A stretch of DNA of 64,000 bases from Candidatus Campbellbacteria bacterium (GCA_016699465.1 CP064977.1:745116-809115), one strand, 5' to 3'. Numbered from the stretch's first letter, positions 36,999 through 47,162 are shown. Translations and numbers: made by a program. Notes: a model not told the origin generated them from the sequence alone.

Positions 36999-37421
36999 AT
37001 GCGTTCAGTATATGACGGAATAAAAGCAGTGCTCGGTATTGCGCCGATTGCGCAGGGAGCCTCAGAAAAACTTTCTGCGGCGATCGATACTCTCGGCTAT
37101 AACAGTGCGCTCATTGAAGTGAACACAGGTGCGGCCACAGGTACACCGGATTCATACTCAGTAGCGTGCAAGGTTACGGAATGCGCCACTTCAGGTGGTT
37201 CGTACACCGATGTGAGCGGAGCGACAGCTACGCTTGCAGCTGACGGAAAGCATGCGCAGATTCGAGTCGAAGGACTTGGAACATCTCGCTTGCGATACCT
37301 CAAGGTAAGCATGACTCCCGCATTTGTCGGCGGCACAACACCGGCGGCACTTATCGGAGCAACTGCTCTCCTTGGACATGCGTTCAAGGAGCCGGTAGGC
37401 AACAGCTCAACAGCTGCTTAA
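36999..37421 (+). CDS. Hypothetical phage head-associated protein
   Basis: The tabulated ORF uses TTG at 36900. The first ATG at 36999 is preceded by aaggga. 140 aa, Ala/Gly/Thr-rich. Confidence 0.4.
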   Translation: MRSVYDGIKAVLGIAPIAQGASEKLSAAIDTLGYNSALIEVNTGAATGTPDSYSVACKVTECATSGGSYTDVSGATATLAADGKHAQIRVEGLGTSRLRYLKVSMTPAFVGGTTPAALIGATALLGHAFKEPVGNSSTAA

Positions 37422-37484
37422 GTTTCAGCCACTTCCTCTCATTTATATGGGGGGAAGAAGCGGGAATTTAAACCCGAATTATTT

Positions 37485-38108
37485 ATGGCAGAAGCATTAC
37501 TTTCATATGCACTTACAACTGTAGCGCGAGTAAAGACCCGGCTCAGTATCACTGTGTCCACTCATGACACGATACTTTTGTATTTAATAAATAGCGTAAC
37601 CGATTTTATCGAAGGTGAGTGCAATAGACGATTCAAATTAGCTGTATGGACCAATGAACTGTATTCAATGCAAGGCAATAGCAACGGTCTTCTTGTGTTG
37701 AAACAGTCTCCTGTTTCTGCTGTTTCTTACATTCAATTTAGAGCTGGCACAAAGACTAATCCGAACTGGACAGATTTTATGGCAGATGATTGGGAACTCT
37801 TGGATGACGGCGCATCAGGCATTATTGAGTTTCATAACGCTTTTGTTCACGGGATAAATAATATACGCATAGCATATACTGCCGGCTATAAAATCAACTT
37901 CACTAATTATGGGGATGGCAATACGCATAACTTGCCTGCAGATCTTACTGATCTTACAGAGAGGCTTGCTATAAAACTCTTCAAAAGACGGGAAGCGGAA
38001 GGGAAAGCAAGAGAAGACTTTAATGGTGGGTCGATCACCTGGAAGGATCTTCTTAATCCCGAAGATACGGAGACGATTAATAAATATAGGAGGGTTAATT
38101 TTTTCTAA
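37485..38108 (+). CDS. Head-tail connector (gp6-like adaptor) protein
   Basis: LTTVARVKTRLSITVSTHDTILLYLINSVTDFIEGECNRRF matches the Phage_connect_1-type N-terminal pattern. Confidence 0.55.
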   Translation: MAEALLSYALTTVARVKTRLSITVSTHDTILLYLINSVTDFIEGECNRRFKLAVWTNELYSMQGNSNGLLVLKQSPVSAVSYIQFRAGTKTNPNWTDFMADDWELLDDGASGIIEFHNAFVHGINNIRIAYTAGYKINFTNYGDGNTHNLPADLTDLTERLAIKLFKRREAEGKAREDFNGGSITWKDLLNPEDTETINKYRRVNFF

Positions 38109-38112
38109 ATAT

Positions 38113-38499
38113 ATGGCTGGAGATTTTAGAATTGAAATACGAGGACTCAAGGAGCTCAACTTCGCTTTTAGGAATTACCCGAAAATTTCGGAGCCAATAT
38201 TTCAGAAGGCGGTCATGGCAACAGGTGCCATCTTTGCAAAAAATACTCTGAAAGATAATCCAGTGCCGTGGAGAACAGGAAATCTTCTCCAATCATTCAG
38301 ATACAAGACAGCACGGCTCCAAGCTGCATGGTATCCCACAGCTCATTACGCAATCTTTGTACATGACGGCACGAAATATATAAAAGCTAATCCCTTTATG
38401 TTGAAAATCATCAAAAAAGCGGAACCCGAAGTGAACAAAGTATTCCGTGAAGCTCAGGACATGGTGAACAGGCAGATAGCTAACCAAACACGACTATGA
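38113..38499 (+). CDS. HK97 gp10-family head-tail joining / tail component
   Basis: ATG at 38113 (MAGDFRIEIRGLKEL...). ...PVPWRTGNLLQSF matches the gp10-family RTGNLRRS motif. Confidence 0.55.
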   Translation: MAGDFRIEIRGLKELNFAFRNYPKISEPIFQKAVMATGAIFAKNTLKDNPVPWRTGNLLQSFRYKTARLQAAWYPTAHYAIFVHDGTKYIKANPFMLKIIKKAEPEVNKVFREAQDMVNRQIANQTRL

Positions 38500-38939
38500 C
38501 AGCAATCGTAACCACAATTAAAAATGCAGTTAAGGCAAAGCTTGACTCCCTGGTCCCGATAACACTCGGACAGGTTATTGTCGATGACTTCAAACAGGAT
38601 GGATTTGCATATAAAGATATCGGGACTTTTCCTGCTGCCGTCCTTGCCTCTCCTTCGCTTGAAGGTGTAGCTGAAACTAACCGAGATAATCTCCGTACTC
38701 ATAATTTTACGATTGGAATCATTCAAAAAGGAGAGAATGTTGTCTCTGCAAACGACATTGAAGAGCTTATGGAAAAGATCATCAATACCTTCGATGAAGA
38801 TCCAACATTGGGAGGTGCGGCAAACGGTGGTGTTGAACCGTCTTCCTCGACTCCGGAGAGTATTACTTCTGGTGACGGTAGCTTTGTGGTTTTTACGGTT
38901 ACGGTAAAAGCCAAAGCTATTAAAAATTTATCATTCTAA
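38496..38939 (+). CDS. Phage tail component (tail completion/terminator-like)
   Basis: 147 aa. Start overlaps the previous stop (ATGA). Call is by position only. Confidence 0.4.
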   Translation: MTAIVTTIKNAVKAKLDSLVPITLGQVIVDDFKQDGFAYKDIGTFPAAVLASPSLEGVAETNRDNLRTHNFTIGIIQKGENVVSANDIEELMEKIINTFDEDPTLGGAANGGVEPSSSTPESITSGDGSFVVFTVTVKAKAIKNLSF

Positions 38940-38942
38940 TTT

Positions 38943-39128
38943 ATGCAAACAAACAACAAAAACAAAATGATAGGGAAGGATGATGTGAAAAACAAACAGG
39001 AATACTTCTTCTCTGGAGGTCAGGAATATCTTCCTCAGACCATCAGAGCCGATAGCCAGAAAGAAGCGGAGAGGGTGTGGAAGGAGTCGAGAGTGAAAGT
39101 CAAAAAACCATTACAAGAAAATAATTAA
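38943..39128 (+). CDS. Small hypothetical phage protein
   Basis: 61-aa charged ORF. Confidence 0.25.
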   Translation: MQTNNKNKMIGKDDVKNKQEYFFSGGQEYLPQTIRADSQKEAERVWKESRVKVKKPLQENN

Positions 39129-39138
39129 TTATAAATAT

Positions 39139-40128
39139 ATGTCAAAAGGAATAGGAAGATTAATACAATTTGGAATCGCAAAAGAAACGGTTCGAGGAAC
39201 GCCTGAGGTGGCCGCATCCTATTGGATCCCGTTCTCAGAACTTGATTTTAACGAAAAATATAATCTTGTTAACGATGAGCAGTCTCGAGGGGTTATCGAA
39301 GATACGGTCGGGCAAAGCAAGTCAAAGGAATGGTCAGAAGGATCTGTGAAGGCTCCTATTGCCGATAAGCACTTTCCGTTGATTTTGTTTTCTGTTCTCG
39401 GTTCGCTTTCAACCGGGGATAATGCCGACTCTGATGCGACAGTAAAGGATCACATCATAACTGTGGCTCAGAGCTCGCAGCATCAGGCGCTCAGTCTCTT
39501 TGTTGATGATCCTCTGGCGGCTCAAGACTACAAGCACGGGAATGGGTCAATTTCATCGCTTGAAATTCATTATGAGCTGAATCGATTTCTTGATTACACC
39601 CTTGGTCTCAAGGCAAAAAAAGGAGAATCAGCCGTTCTTACACCGTCCTCAACTCCCGAAAACAGGTTCCTACCCCAGCATCTCACTTTCAAACTCGCAG
39701 CAAGCTACAGTGGCCTGACCGCAGCCTCTGCGATGAACATTCGGTCTCTAAGTTTGAAGATTGATCACAATCTCGAAGACGATGACGTTCTGGGTAGCGC
39801 AGCTCCTGCCGATTTTCTAAACAAGCAATTCAGTATTGAGGGAACACTTGAAGCAACCTGGAATAACGAGACAGACTTCAAAACATCAGCTCTCGCTACG
39901 ACCCCAAAGGCCATGCGCATAGATCTTATCAACAACGACGTCACGATTGGAAACTCCGCTCATCCGGAGATCAGGATTGACCTTGCGAAAGTGATCTTCA
40001 AGGAAATTACTCGGCCGGTAAAAATCAACGATATCGTTCGCCAGACCTTGTCGTTTAAGGCTCACTATAGCCTAACCGATTCGCTGATGATTTCGGCGCT
40101 GGCAACAAACTTGGTCGCATCTTATTAA
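39139..40128 (+). CDS. Putative major tail (tube) protein
   Basis: 329 aa. Located just upstream of the chaperone-TMP pair. Confidence 0.45.
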   Translation: MSKGIGRLIQFGIAKETVRGTPEVAASYWIPFSELDFNEKYNLVNDEQSRGVIEDTVGQSKSKEWSEGSVKAPIADKHFPLILFSVLGSLSTGDNADSDATVKDHIITVAQSSQHQALSLFVDDPLAAQDYKHGNGSISSLEIHYELNRFLDYTLGLKAKKGESAVLTPSSTPENRFLPQHLTFKLAASYSGLTAASAMNIRSLSLKIDHNLEDDDVLGSAAPADFLNKQFSIEGTLEATWNNETDFKTSALATTPKAMRIDLINNDVTIGNSAHPEIRIDLAKVIFKEITRPVKINDIVRQTLSFKAHYSLTDSLMISALATNLVASY

Positions 40129-40151
40129 TCAAAAATAATTAATTAATTCAC

Positions 40152-40499
40152 ATGGAAAGAGAAACAATAAAACTCAATACTCCGCTCGGAAAAGAACTCG
40201 TCATTAAAAGCTTCATGACGGCAAAAGAAAGAAACGAAATCAAGCGCACGTTTCTCGAAGGCGTAAAGATAGATCCTAATCAGACGACGCAGGAAGCCGA
40301 AGCAATCCGCATGAAGGAACTCGATGCGAGCATTATGCTTCAGGCCGAAAGAAAAACGATCGAACAGCTTGTAATTTCGTATGACGGCGAAGCCGAGAAG
40401 ATTCTCGAGAGATTGGATGAGTCAAGACCGGAAGAATATGACTTCGTGGTGTCCGAGCTCAACAAAGTGACAAAGGGAAATTTTCAGCCGGCGAAGTAG
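40152..40499 (+). CDS. Tail assembly chaperone (G-like product)
   Basis: 115-aa acidic protein immediately upstream of the tape measure. Ends with a slippery site. Confidence 0.5.
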   Translation: MERETIKLNTPLGKELVIKSFMTAKERNEIKRTFLEGVKIDPNQTTQEAEAIRMKELDASIMLQAERKTIEQLVISYDGEAEKILERLDESRPEEYDFVVSELNKVTKGNFQPAK

Positions 40500-40705
40500 C
40501 GTACGAGTGGGAGAAATACTTCGCCGGAGTGTCCGCGACTCTCACTGCAGAAATGGCTGCCGCGGTCGTGTGCCGAGAGATGAAATGGACACTTGAAGAA
40601 TACGAATCGCAGCCCTCGACGTTCATAGACACTTTGGTCGAGATGCTGAAAGCGGAAAGCAGGGAAATTCAAAGAAAAAATAAAAAATCATGGCCGAATC
40701 AATAA
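40478..40705 (+). other. Programmed -1 frameshift site (A_AAT_TTT) and -1 frame extension giving a GT-like chaperone fusion
   Basis: Heptamer AAATTTT at 40478-40484, 5 codons before the G stop. The -1 frame stays open for 75 codons (KFSAGEVAYEWEKYFAGVSATLTAEMAAAVVCREMKWTLEEYESQ...) to TAA at 40703-05, overlapping the TMP start. Confidence 0.5.
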
Positions 40706-42048
40706 GCAAACTGGAAATATTGGTACAGCTTCGGGACGAGGCAAGCACAGCAATCCGAAGTATGAGCAACAGCCTGTCAGATCTTGGTGGGCAGTTTGGA
40801 TTTGCTGGCGATAAGGTCGGAGCGTTAAGCGGTGTGCTTCAAACAATCGGATCGGGCGCGATAATCAAGGGTGCGGTAAACGCTTTCGCCGAAGCTGAGG
40901 TTCAGATGGCGAGATTCGATACAGTTCTTAAAACTCTTCCTCCGAATTTACAGACTCTAAAAGGACAGATTCTCCAGGTGGCCGATGAGGCACTTGTTAA
41001 GTTTGGATTCGATAATGAGGAAGCTGCCGTAAGTATTGCTAGACTCCTTCAAGCAACCCATGACGGTCCTTTTTCGTTCCAAGCATTTTCTGCGGCTATG
41101 GATCTCGCTAGATTCAAGGGGATAAGTCTAGAAGATGCCACACAAGCCCTAATTCTGGCCTTTCAGGGCAATGCACGGCTGTTAAAGCAGTTTGGTATAG
41201 AAGTCGACGATCATGCCTCAAAAGAGACAATTTTGGCCGCCATAATGCAGACAGTCGGCGGTCAGGCTCAGGCGTATTCGGAGACATTAAAGGGTCAGCT
41301 TGCGATTACTAAACAGCTTGGTGGCGAAGGATCGGAAGCTCTCGGACAATTGTATGCGCCGGCAATCGAAATGGTCACTAGTATGATAAGGGAATGGGTC
41401 ACGTCTCAGGGTGGCATCAATAATCTTCTCGAAAGTCATAAAAATCTTTTGATAGCTGTTGCATCGGTACTTGTCGCTTTGTTTGTTGCCGGAATAATTG
41501 TGGCCATTGCCGCGGCTCTCACTTTTCTCGGTCCGCTCGGATTGATTATCGCTGCTATCGCCGCGCTTGGCGGAGTGATTGTCTTTTTCTACACGCTTTG
41601 GAAAACCCAATGGGAAAACGTCAAAAGCGTTTTCTTTACAGTCTGGAATGCAATTAAAGATTTCTTTGCCTCCCTATGGGACGGGATTCTGAATGTTTTT
41701 AATGCCGCCATTCAAAAAATTAAAGATGCAATCAGCTCTATTGTCAGCGCATACAATGCGGCGGTTGCTGTCGTGAGTGCTCCGATCAAAGCCGCGACCG
41801 GTGCCGTAAAAAGTGTGGTTTCTAAATTCGCCGATGGTGGAATAGTCACGGGTCCAACGCTCGGGCTTGTCGGAGAAGCTGGTCCCGAGGCAATCATTCC
41901 CCTCAGTCAGTTAGGGTCGGCCGGTGGTGGAGTAGTGATAAATCTTCAGGGCGATTTTTACACATCGACTGAAGTGGCCGAAACATTCGGCAATGAGCTT
42001 GCGCGAATTATTAAAAATCAGATTAATCTCGGCGGAATTAGAGCCTAA
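40690..42048 (+). CDS. Tail tape measure protein (short; TM segments present)
   Basis: 452 aa. Helical N-terminus. Central hydrophobic segments. Follows the G/GT chaperone. Confidence 0.6.
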   Translation: MAESISKLEILVQLRDEASTAIRSMSNSLSDLGGQFGFAGDKVGALSGVLQTIGSGAIIKGAVNAFAEAEVQMARFDTVLKTLPPNLQTLKGQILQVADEALVKFGFDNEEAAVSIARLLQATHDGPFSFQAFSAAMDLARFKGISLEDATQALILAFQGNARLLKQFGIEVDDHASKETILAAIMQTVGGQAQAYSETLKGQLAITKQLGGEGSEALGQLYAPAIEMVTSMIREWVTSQGGINNLLESHKNLLIAVASVLVALFVAGIIVAIAAALTFLGPLGLIIAAIAALGGVIVFFYTLWKTQWENVKSVFFTVWNAIKDFFASLWDGILNVFNAAIQKIKDAISSIVSAYNAAVAVVSAPIKAATGAVKSVVSKFADGGIVTGPTLGLVGEAGPEAIIPLSQLGSAGGGVVINLQGDFYTSTEVAETFGNELARIIKNQINLGGIRA

Positions 42049-42053
42049 ATTTC

Positions 42054-43466
42054 ATGTCACTTGTACTCAAAATAAACAACATAGACAGAACGAACCATGT
42101 GAAATGGGATACTCTGACGAAAACAGATGTTCTTTCGAAAGAAGTCGACCGTCTGGAGTTTCAAATTTTGAAGACACCGGCCAAGACCATTCCGAACGTA
42201 AACGATGAGGTGATGCTTGAAGAAGACTCTGTGAAAATATTCGGCGGCGTGATCACTGAACGGAATGAAGTGATCAAAGGAGGTTTGCTCATTGCGTATG
42301 AAATAAGATGCAAGGACTACTCGCAATATCTGGATAGAAAAGTGGTAGTCAAAAGCTATGCGAACCTGAGCGCTCGAGCAATCGTTCTCGATCTCATTTC
42401 AACTTACACGTCTGGTTTTACCACGGTCAGTGTTCCGGCGGTTACGCCAACCGTAGGCTCGATAAAGTTCAATTATGAACAGGTGACCAGGTGTCTCACG
42501 CAACTAGCCGATCAGATAGGCTGGGACTGGTATGTTGATCACGACAAGGATATTCACTTCTTTGATAGCGAAAGCTCGTCCGCTCCTTTTGAGCTGACAG
42601 ACGATGGAGACACATTCGAATGGGACTCTTTGGAAGTGAATAAAACAATTACGCAAATTAAAAATTCCGTATTCGTCCGAGGCGGAGAGTACAAAAAAAC
42701 GATCTCGGAAGGCAATGCGCAAGATATATTCGTCGCTGATGGGGTGCAAAGAGTTTTTCCTCTTTCTTATAAATACGACAACATCACGGTCAAAGACAAC
42801 ACAACCGTCAACACGATCGGCACTGACCAGCAAACTGATCCGACCTCAGTGGATGTTCTCTACAACTTCAATGAAAAATTCATCAAATACAGCGCCGCGC
42901 CGGCAAGTGGCCATACGATCAAAGTATTCGGCGATGCATATATCCCAATCATCGCTCAGGTCCGCGATCAGATCAGTATCTCAACTTATGGAGAGTATCA
43001 GGCGGCTGTAGTTGATAAAAGCATCACATCAATAAACGAGGCTCAAACAAGGGCACAAACGGAACTTAAAAAGTATTCCGAAAGCGTCTATGAGGCCGCA
43101 TTCAAAACGACCAGAACCGGGCTGAAAGTCGGCCAAAAAATCCGCGTAAACAGTGTTCTCAGAAGTATCGATAAATTCTTCAAGATCAACAAGATAATCG
43201 GAAAAGTTAGGGATGGCAATTCAATGATATACAGCGTATTTCTCATTGCATCCGGACAGGTTTCATTCACTGACATAATGGTCGATCTGTTAAGCAAAGA
43301 TAAAAAGAATATCATCATCGCTTCAAACGAAGTTCTGCAAAGACTCGAGTTATTCTCGGAATCGGCCAGCGTAACTGATAGCGTGTCAGGTTCAAAATCA
43401 TCTGGTCCCTACAAATGGGGTCCCGATCCTAACGCTCTCAAGTGGGGACTTGGAACATGGGGATAA
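42054..43466 (+). CDS. Distal tail / baseplate hub-like protein
   Basis: 470 aa immediately after the TMP. The N-terminus resembles siphovirus tail family proteins. Confidence 0.45.
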   Translation: MSLVLKINNIDRTNHVKWDTLTKTDVLSKEVDRLEFQILKTPAKTIPNVNDEVMLEEDSVKIFGGVITERNEVIKGGLLIAYEIRCKDYSQYLDRKVVVKSYANLSARAIVLDLISTYTSGFTTVSVPAVTPTVGSIKFNYEQVTRCLTQLADQIGWDWYVDHDKDIHFFDSESSSAPFELTDDGDTFEWDSLEVNKTITQIKNSVFVRGGEYKKTISEGNAQDIFVADGVQRVFPLSYKYDNITVKDNTTVNTIGTDQQTDPTSVDVLYNFNEKFIKYSAAPASGHTIKVFGDAYIPIIAQVRDQISISTYGEYQAAVVDKSITSINEAQTRAQTELKKYSESVYEAAFKTTRTGLKVGQKIRVNSVLRSIDKFFKINKIIGKVRDGNSMIYSVFLIASGQVSFTDIMVDLLSKDKKNIIIASNEVLQRLELFSESASVTDSVSGSKSSGPYKWGPDPNALKWGLGTWG

Positions 43467-43475
43467 ATAATATTT

Positions 43476-43955
43476 ATGAGAAAAGAAAACATACAATCAA
43501 CAGGACGAATTCGAGTGATCACTACTAAAGCCGGCACGAAAGAAGTGCTGAGAGTTAGCGAGTGGACTTCGAACCTTATCATGCTTGGAGCAAACACGGG
43601 TAAAACTATCATATTGCAACGCCTAATTGGTGTAAATACATATTCTCTCAATCTCAGTCATGCCGATATGGGCACTGGTTCTACTGCTCCTTCCGCGGGG
43701 GATACCACTCTTCAGGCGCCTGTTGCGCGAGCTGCGGTAGCAAGTGGGTCGATATCGGGCAACGTGGCAACCCTGCAGTTCTTTTTTGCTGATGCCAATC
43801 TCGCTAATGGTACTTACAGGGAATTCGGTTCGTTCATTGATGGAACGGGTACGGTGAGTACGGGAAAAATCTTCAATCATGCACTGTTCGGAGTGCCTTA
43901 TGTCAAAGCGTCAGGTGAAGACACAACAATAGAAATGCAGGTAACCATTACATAA
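43476..43955 (+). CDS. Hypothetical tail protein
   Basis: 159-aa ORF in the tail module. Confidence 0.4.
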   Translation: MRKENIQSTGRIRVITTKAGTKEVLRVSEWTSNLIMLGANTGKTIILQRLIGVNTYSLNLSHADMGTGSTAPSAGDTTLQAPVARAAVASGSISGNVATLQFFFADANLANGTYREFGSFIDGTGTVSTGKIFNHALFGVPYVKASGEDTTIEMQVTIT

Positions 43956-43959
43956 ATTT

Positions 43960-44820
43960 ATGGCAATCGAATCAGGACAAACAGCATTGGCTTCAGACTT
44001 TGTCGCCTCAACCGCAGGGGCGAGTGATGCTGGGCGCGTACCGAAATTAAATGCCAGTGGACTTCTCGATAATAGTTTCCTAGGACTAACAGGAATGATC
44101 GTTCCAAGCATGGGTCGGATTATTCCCGTTGGTTGGCTTTTGTGTGATGGACAAGCGGTATCGCGCGCTACTTACGCCGTTTTATTTGCTTCTCTTTGCC
44201 CATCGGCAACGTTTACGGTTACTATCGCCTCTCCGGCTGTTTTTTCATCCAACAATCACGTCCTGGTTGCCGGAGATAGAATTCGTCTCACCACCTCGGG
44301 ATTATTACCAACAGGACTAGCAACAAATACCGATTATTACGTGATTGCTTCTGGTCTTACAGCGAATTCATTTCAAATTTCTGCTACCAGAGGAGGAGCT
44401 GCAATAAATACATCGGGCTCTCAGTCCGGTACTCATACATGGCAAGTGTTTAATTCCGGTGTCGGCGACGGATCAACAACTTTCAATCTTCCAAACTTGA
44501 AAGGACGCACCGTCTTCGGGTTTGATGTGAGTGATGCAAATTTTAGCAATCTCGATACTCCAAATACATATGTAGGGGAAAAGACTCATCAATTAACAGT
44601 TGCAGAATTAGCGGCACATTCACATCAGCTTCAATTTTTTGGAAGCAGCAACGGGTCTGGATCACAATATGGTCAAGATCTTCCAGTCAGTTCACGCAGT
44701 TTAGATGGTTATTGGCAAAACGTAACAGCGTCAAGGTACAGAAATGCAAATAGTGGCAGTGATTCTGCCCACAATAACATACCTCCGTATAAAGTAGTAA
44801 ATTTTTTAATCAGAATATAA
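43960..44820 (+). CDS. Tail fibre protein with a phage tail-collar domain
   Basis: TFNLPNLKGRTVFGFD...EKTHQLTVAELAAHSHQL matches the collar-domain lPdLrGr...LtvaqlPaHtH pattern. Confidence 0.65.
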   Translation: MAIESGQTALASDFVASTAGASDAGRVPKLNASGLLDNSFLGLTGMIVPSMGRIIPVGWLLCDGQAVSRATYAVLFASLCPSATFTVTIASPAVFSSNNHVLVAGDRIRLTTSGLLPTGLATNTDYYVIASGLTANSFQISATRGGAAINTSGSQSGTHTWQVFNSGVGDGSTTFNLPNLKGRTVFGFDVSDANFSNLDTPNTYVGEKTHQLTVAELAAHSHQLQFFGSSNGSGSQYGQDLPVSSRSLDGYWQNVTASRYRNANSGSDSAHNNIPPYKVVNFLIRI

Positions 44821-44822
44821 CA

Positions 44823-45806
44823 ATGGCGATTCAACCAGGACAACAAGCTCTCGCATCAGACTTTATCTCAGTTTCTTCAGGTACGGGAGATGCGGCAAAA
44901 GCACCTAAATTAAATGAAAGCGGAAAGCTGTCTTCGACCTTTTTACCTTTTGGAGGTGATGGCTCAGATGGGGAATTAAACATTAGTTCTGGCGTTACCA
45001 CAATTGATCTCGGTGGCCAGTCCTTAGTGGTTAAAAACTATACATCTATCTCAATCACTGGGTCAGGAAAACTCGCATTCACGAATCCAAATGCCTACGG
45101 AACAACAATAATATTGAGATCGCAGGGAAACGTAACTCTCACTTCTTCGCAGGCGCCGATGATTGATGCAAGCGGAATTGGCGCCTTAGGAGGTAATGGG
45201 GTAAGTGCTGGTAGCTCTTACGTGGGTGGCAATGTGGGTAATGCCGGCATTGGTCTAGATATTTTCCGGACAAATGGCGGTGGTAAGGGCTCTAGTGGAA
45301 ATTCCGACAATGGGCCTGGTGGGCCTATTCCGACGGCGATCATGCCCTCATCGCTCCAATTTAACCAGTCGCCCCTATCGCAGAAGTATCCTCACTGTTT
45401 TGTTGGAGCGGGCGCAGGTTCGGGCGGTGCCTACCAGGGAAACTCCGGATCGGGTGGACGTGGTGGTGGTTGCGTGATTATTGAATGCGGAGGAGCTTGG
45501 AATTTCACTACAGCGAACGGTATTTCAGTCGCGGGTCGGACGGGTAATAACGGTTCAGGGACTGTAGCTGGCGGTGGAGGTGGGGGAGGCGGTGGTTTCT
45601 TTCTTGCCCTTTATAAATCGGTCATTGCCAATACTGGTACGGTAACGGTCGCTGGCGGATTAGGCGGAAGCGGTAACGCTAGTGGTCAGCCTTATGGTGG
45701 GTCCGGAGGGGGAAGTGCTACGAACGCAGGAGTAAGCGCTACGAGCGGATCAGTGGGTGGAGCTGGTGGCGCAGGGCTATCGTTCATTGGTAAATATGTC
45801 GAATAA
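44823..45806 (+). CDS. Gly-rich tail fibre-like protein (N-terminus paralogous to the collar fibre)
   Basis: N-terminus MAIQPGQQALASDFISVSSGTGDAAKAPKLN vs MAIESGQTALASDFVASTAGASDAGRVPKLN in the previous gene. The C-terminal half is 40-50% Gly. Confidence 0.5.
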   Translation: MAIQPGQQALASDFISVSSGTGDAAKAPKLNESGKLSSTFLPFGGDGSDGELNISSGVTTIDLGGQSLVVKNYTSISITGSGKLAFTNPNAYGTTIILRSQGNVTLTSSQAPMIDASGIGALGGNGVSAGSSYVGGNVGNAGIGLDIFRTNGGGKGSSGNSDNGPGGPIPTAIMPSSLQFNQSPLSQKYPHCFVGAGAGSGGAYQGNSGSGGRGGGCVIIECGGAWNFTTANGISVAGRTGNNGSGTVAGGGGGGGGGFFLALYKSVIANTGTVTVAGGLGGSGNASGQPYGGSGGGSATNAGVSATSGSVGGAGGAGLSFIGKYVE

Positions 45807-45820
45807 ATAATTTTATTACT

Positions 45821-46105
45821 ATGAAAAAAAATGAAACATTTAGAAAATTTCTATATAACCAAGTCGCTCTTCTTGCCGGCATCGTTGGCGTGCTGTTTGG
45901 AATATTTAATATGCTCCAAGCTCCAAAGACAGACATCAAAGTTATCGAGACCTTGAATACGATCCGAGACAATCATATCCATACGATTGAAGAAAATCTC
46001 AAGCGCATGGAAGATTCAAGCTCCAAAGATTCTCAGGAGTTTAGGGATCGCCTGACGAAAATCGAGACGCTACTAAATGAGAGATTACCCGCTAATAAAA
46101 ATTAA
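45821..46105 (+). CDS. Holin-like small membrane protein (1 TM plus coiled coil)
   Basis: 94 aa. TM VALLAGIVGVLFGIF. Lies immediately upstream of the endolysin. Confidence 0.4.
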   Translation: MKKNETFRKFLYNQVALLAGIVGVLFGIFNMLQAPKTDIKVIETLNTIRDNHIHTIEENLKRMEDSSSKDSQEFRDRLTKIETLLNERLPANKN

Positions 46106-46108
46106 TTT

Positions 46109-47152
46109 ATGGAACCAGCATATCAAGGCGCATTATTAGATACTCGCTCGGAAACGGAGCAATTGAAAGATTATAAATTCGAGGAGATAGTCTCGTCGGC
46201 CGCCCCTGTGGTTTGGAGAGAGAAGAATAAAAGTTCATGGCGAAGATTTCCGATATTTGATCAGGGCCAGTCGGGATCCTGTGTGGCTCAGACAATGGCA
46301 AAGCTTCTCGGCATTCTCTATTGGCTGGCAAACGGCATATATGTCCATTTTTCAGCAACGCATATCTATCAGCGACGAATAAACAAACCTGAAAGCGGTA
46401 TGGGTGGCGACGACGTTTTCAAGATCGCTAGCGAAGGTGTAACTCTTGAGGAATTGGTGCCGAGTCAAAAAATGAGTGACGGGCAGATGGATGCGGTTGT
46501 CATTCCCGAATACAAAAAGAAGGTGGGAGAGATCTTCAAGATCTCGAAAAATTGGATCACGCTACCAATAAAGGACATTGAAACGGTGGCGTCGGTTATA
46601 CAGCAAACAGGCAAGGGAATCATGCTCTGGTTTTATTTCAAATACGACGAATGGGACAAGGATCCGAACGTTAGCTGCGCCGACTTGATGCTTGGAGCTC
46701 CAACAACATGCCGCCACTCGGTAACTGGCGTTGATTTTACGTTGTATAGGGGCAAAAAAGCGGTCGTGATCGATGATTCATGGGGTCCGAACGCAGGGAA
46801 CGGTTCTGGACAGCGTGTCATCGATGAAGACTTCTTCAAGGCTCGTAATTGGGTTGCTCGTTATCCGATGAATTTTCAATTTTCCGAGGGAGTTGATCCC
46901 AATAAGCCGATATATGTTTTCAAAAACGATTTAAAATTCTCGGCGATAGTCTCCTACGGCAATCCTGATGTGGTGGCCTTGCAAAATTGCCTGAAGTTTC
47001 TCGGATTGTTTCCGGTAAACACGGAAAGCACCGGGTACTTCGGGTCGATAACAAAAAGCGGAGTCAAGGATTTTCAAAGGAAGTTCGGACTAATCCAAGA
47101 TGGCGTTGTTGGTTTGGCCACAAGGTCGAAATTTAACGAATTATTCAAATAA
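46109..47152 (+). CDS. Endolysin: papain-like (C1) cysteine peptidase domain plus C-terminal PG_binding_1 domain
   Basis: DQGQSGSCVAQTMAK resembles the papain QGxCGSCWAF active-site Cys motif. The C-terminus (...LQNCLKFLGLFPVNTESTGYFGSITKSGVKDFQRKFGLIQDGVVGLATRSKF) matches the peptidoglycan-binding domain. Confidence 0.65.
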   Translation: MEPAYQGALLDTRSETEQLKDYKFEEIVSSAAPVVWREKNKSSWRRFPIFDQGQSGSCVAQTMAKLLGILYWLANGIYVHFSATHIYQRRINKPESGMGGDDVFKIASEGVTLEELVPSQKMSDGQMDAVVIPEYKKKVGEIFKISKNWITLPIKDIETVASVIQQTGKGIMLWFYFKYDEWDKDPNVSCADLMLGAPTTCRHSVTGVDFTLYRGKKAVVIDDSWGPNAGNGSGQRVIDEDFFKARNWVARYPMNFQFSEGVDPNKPIYVFKNDLKFSAIVSYGNPDVVALQNCLKFLGLFPVNTESTGYFGSITKSGVKDFQRKFGLIQDGVVGLATRSKFNELFK

Positions 47153-47162
47153 AAAAAAATAT

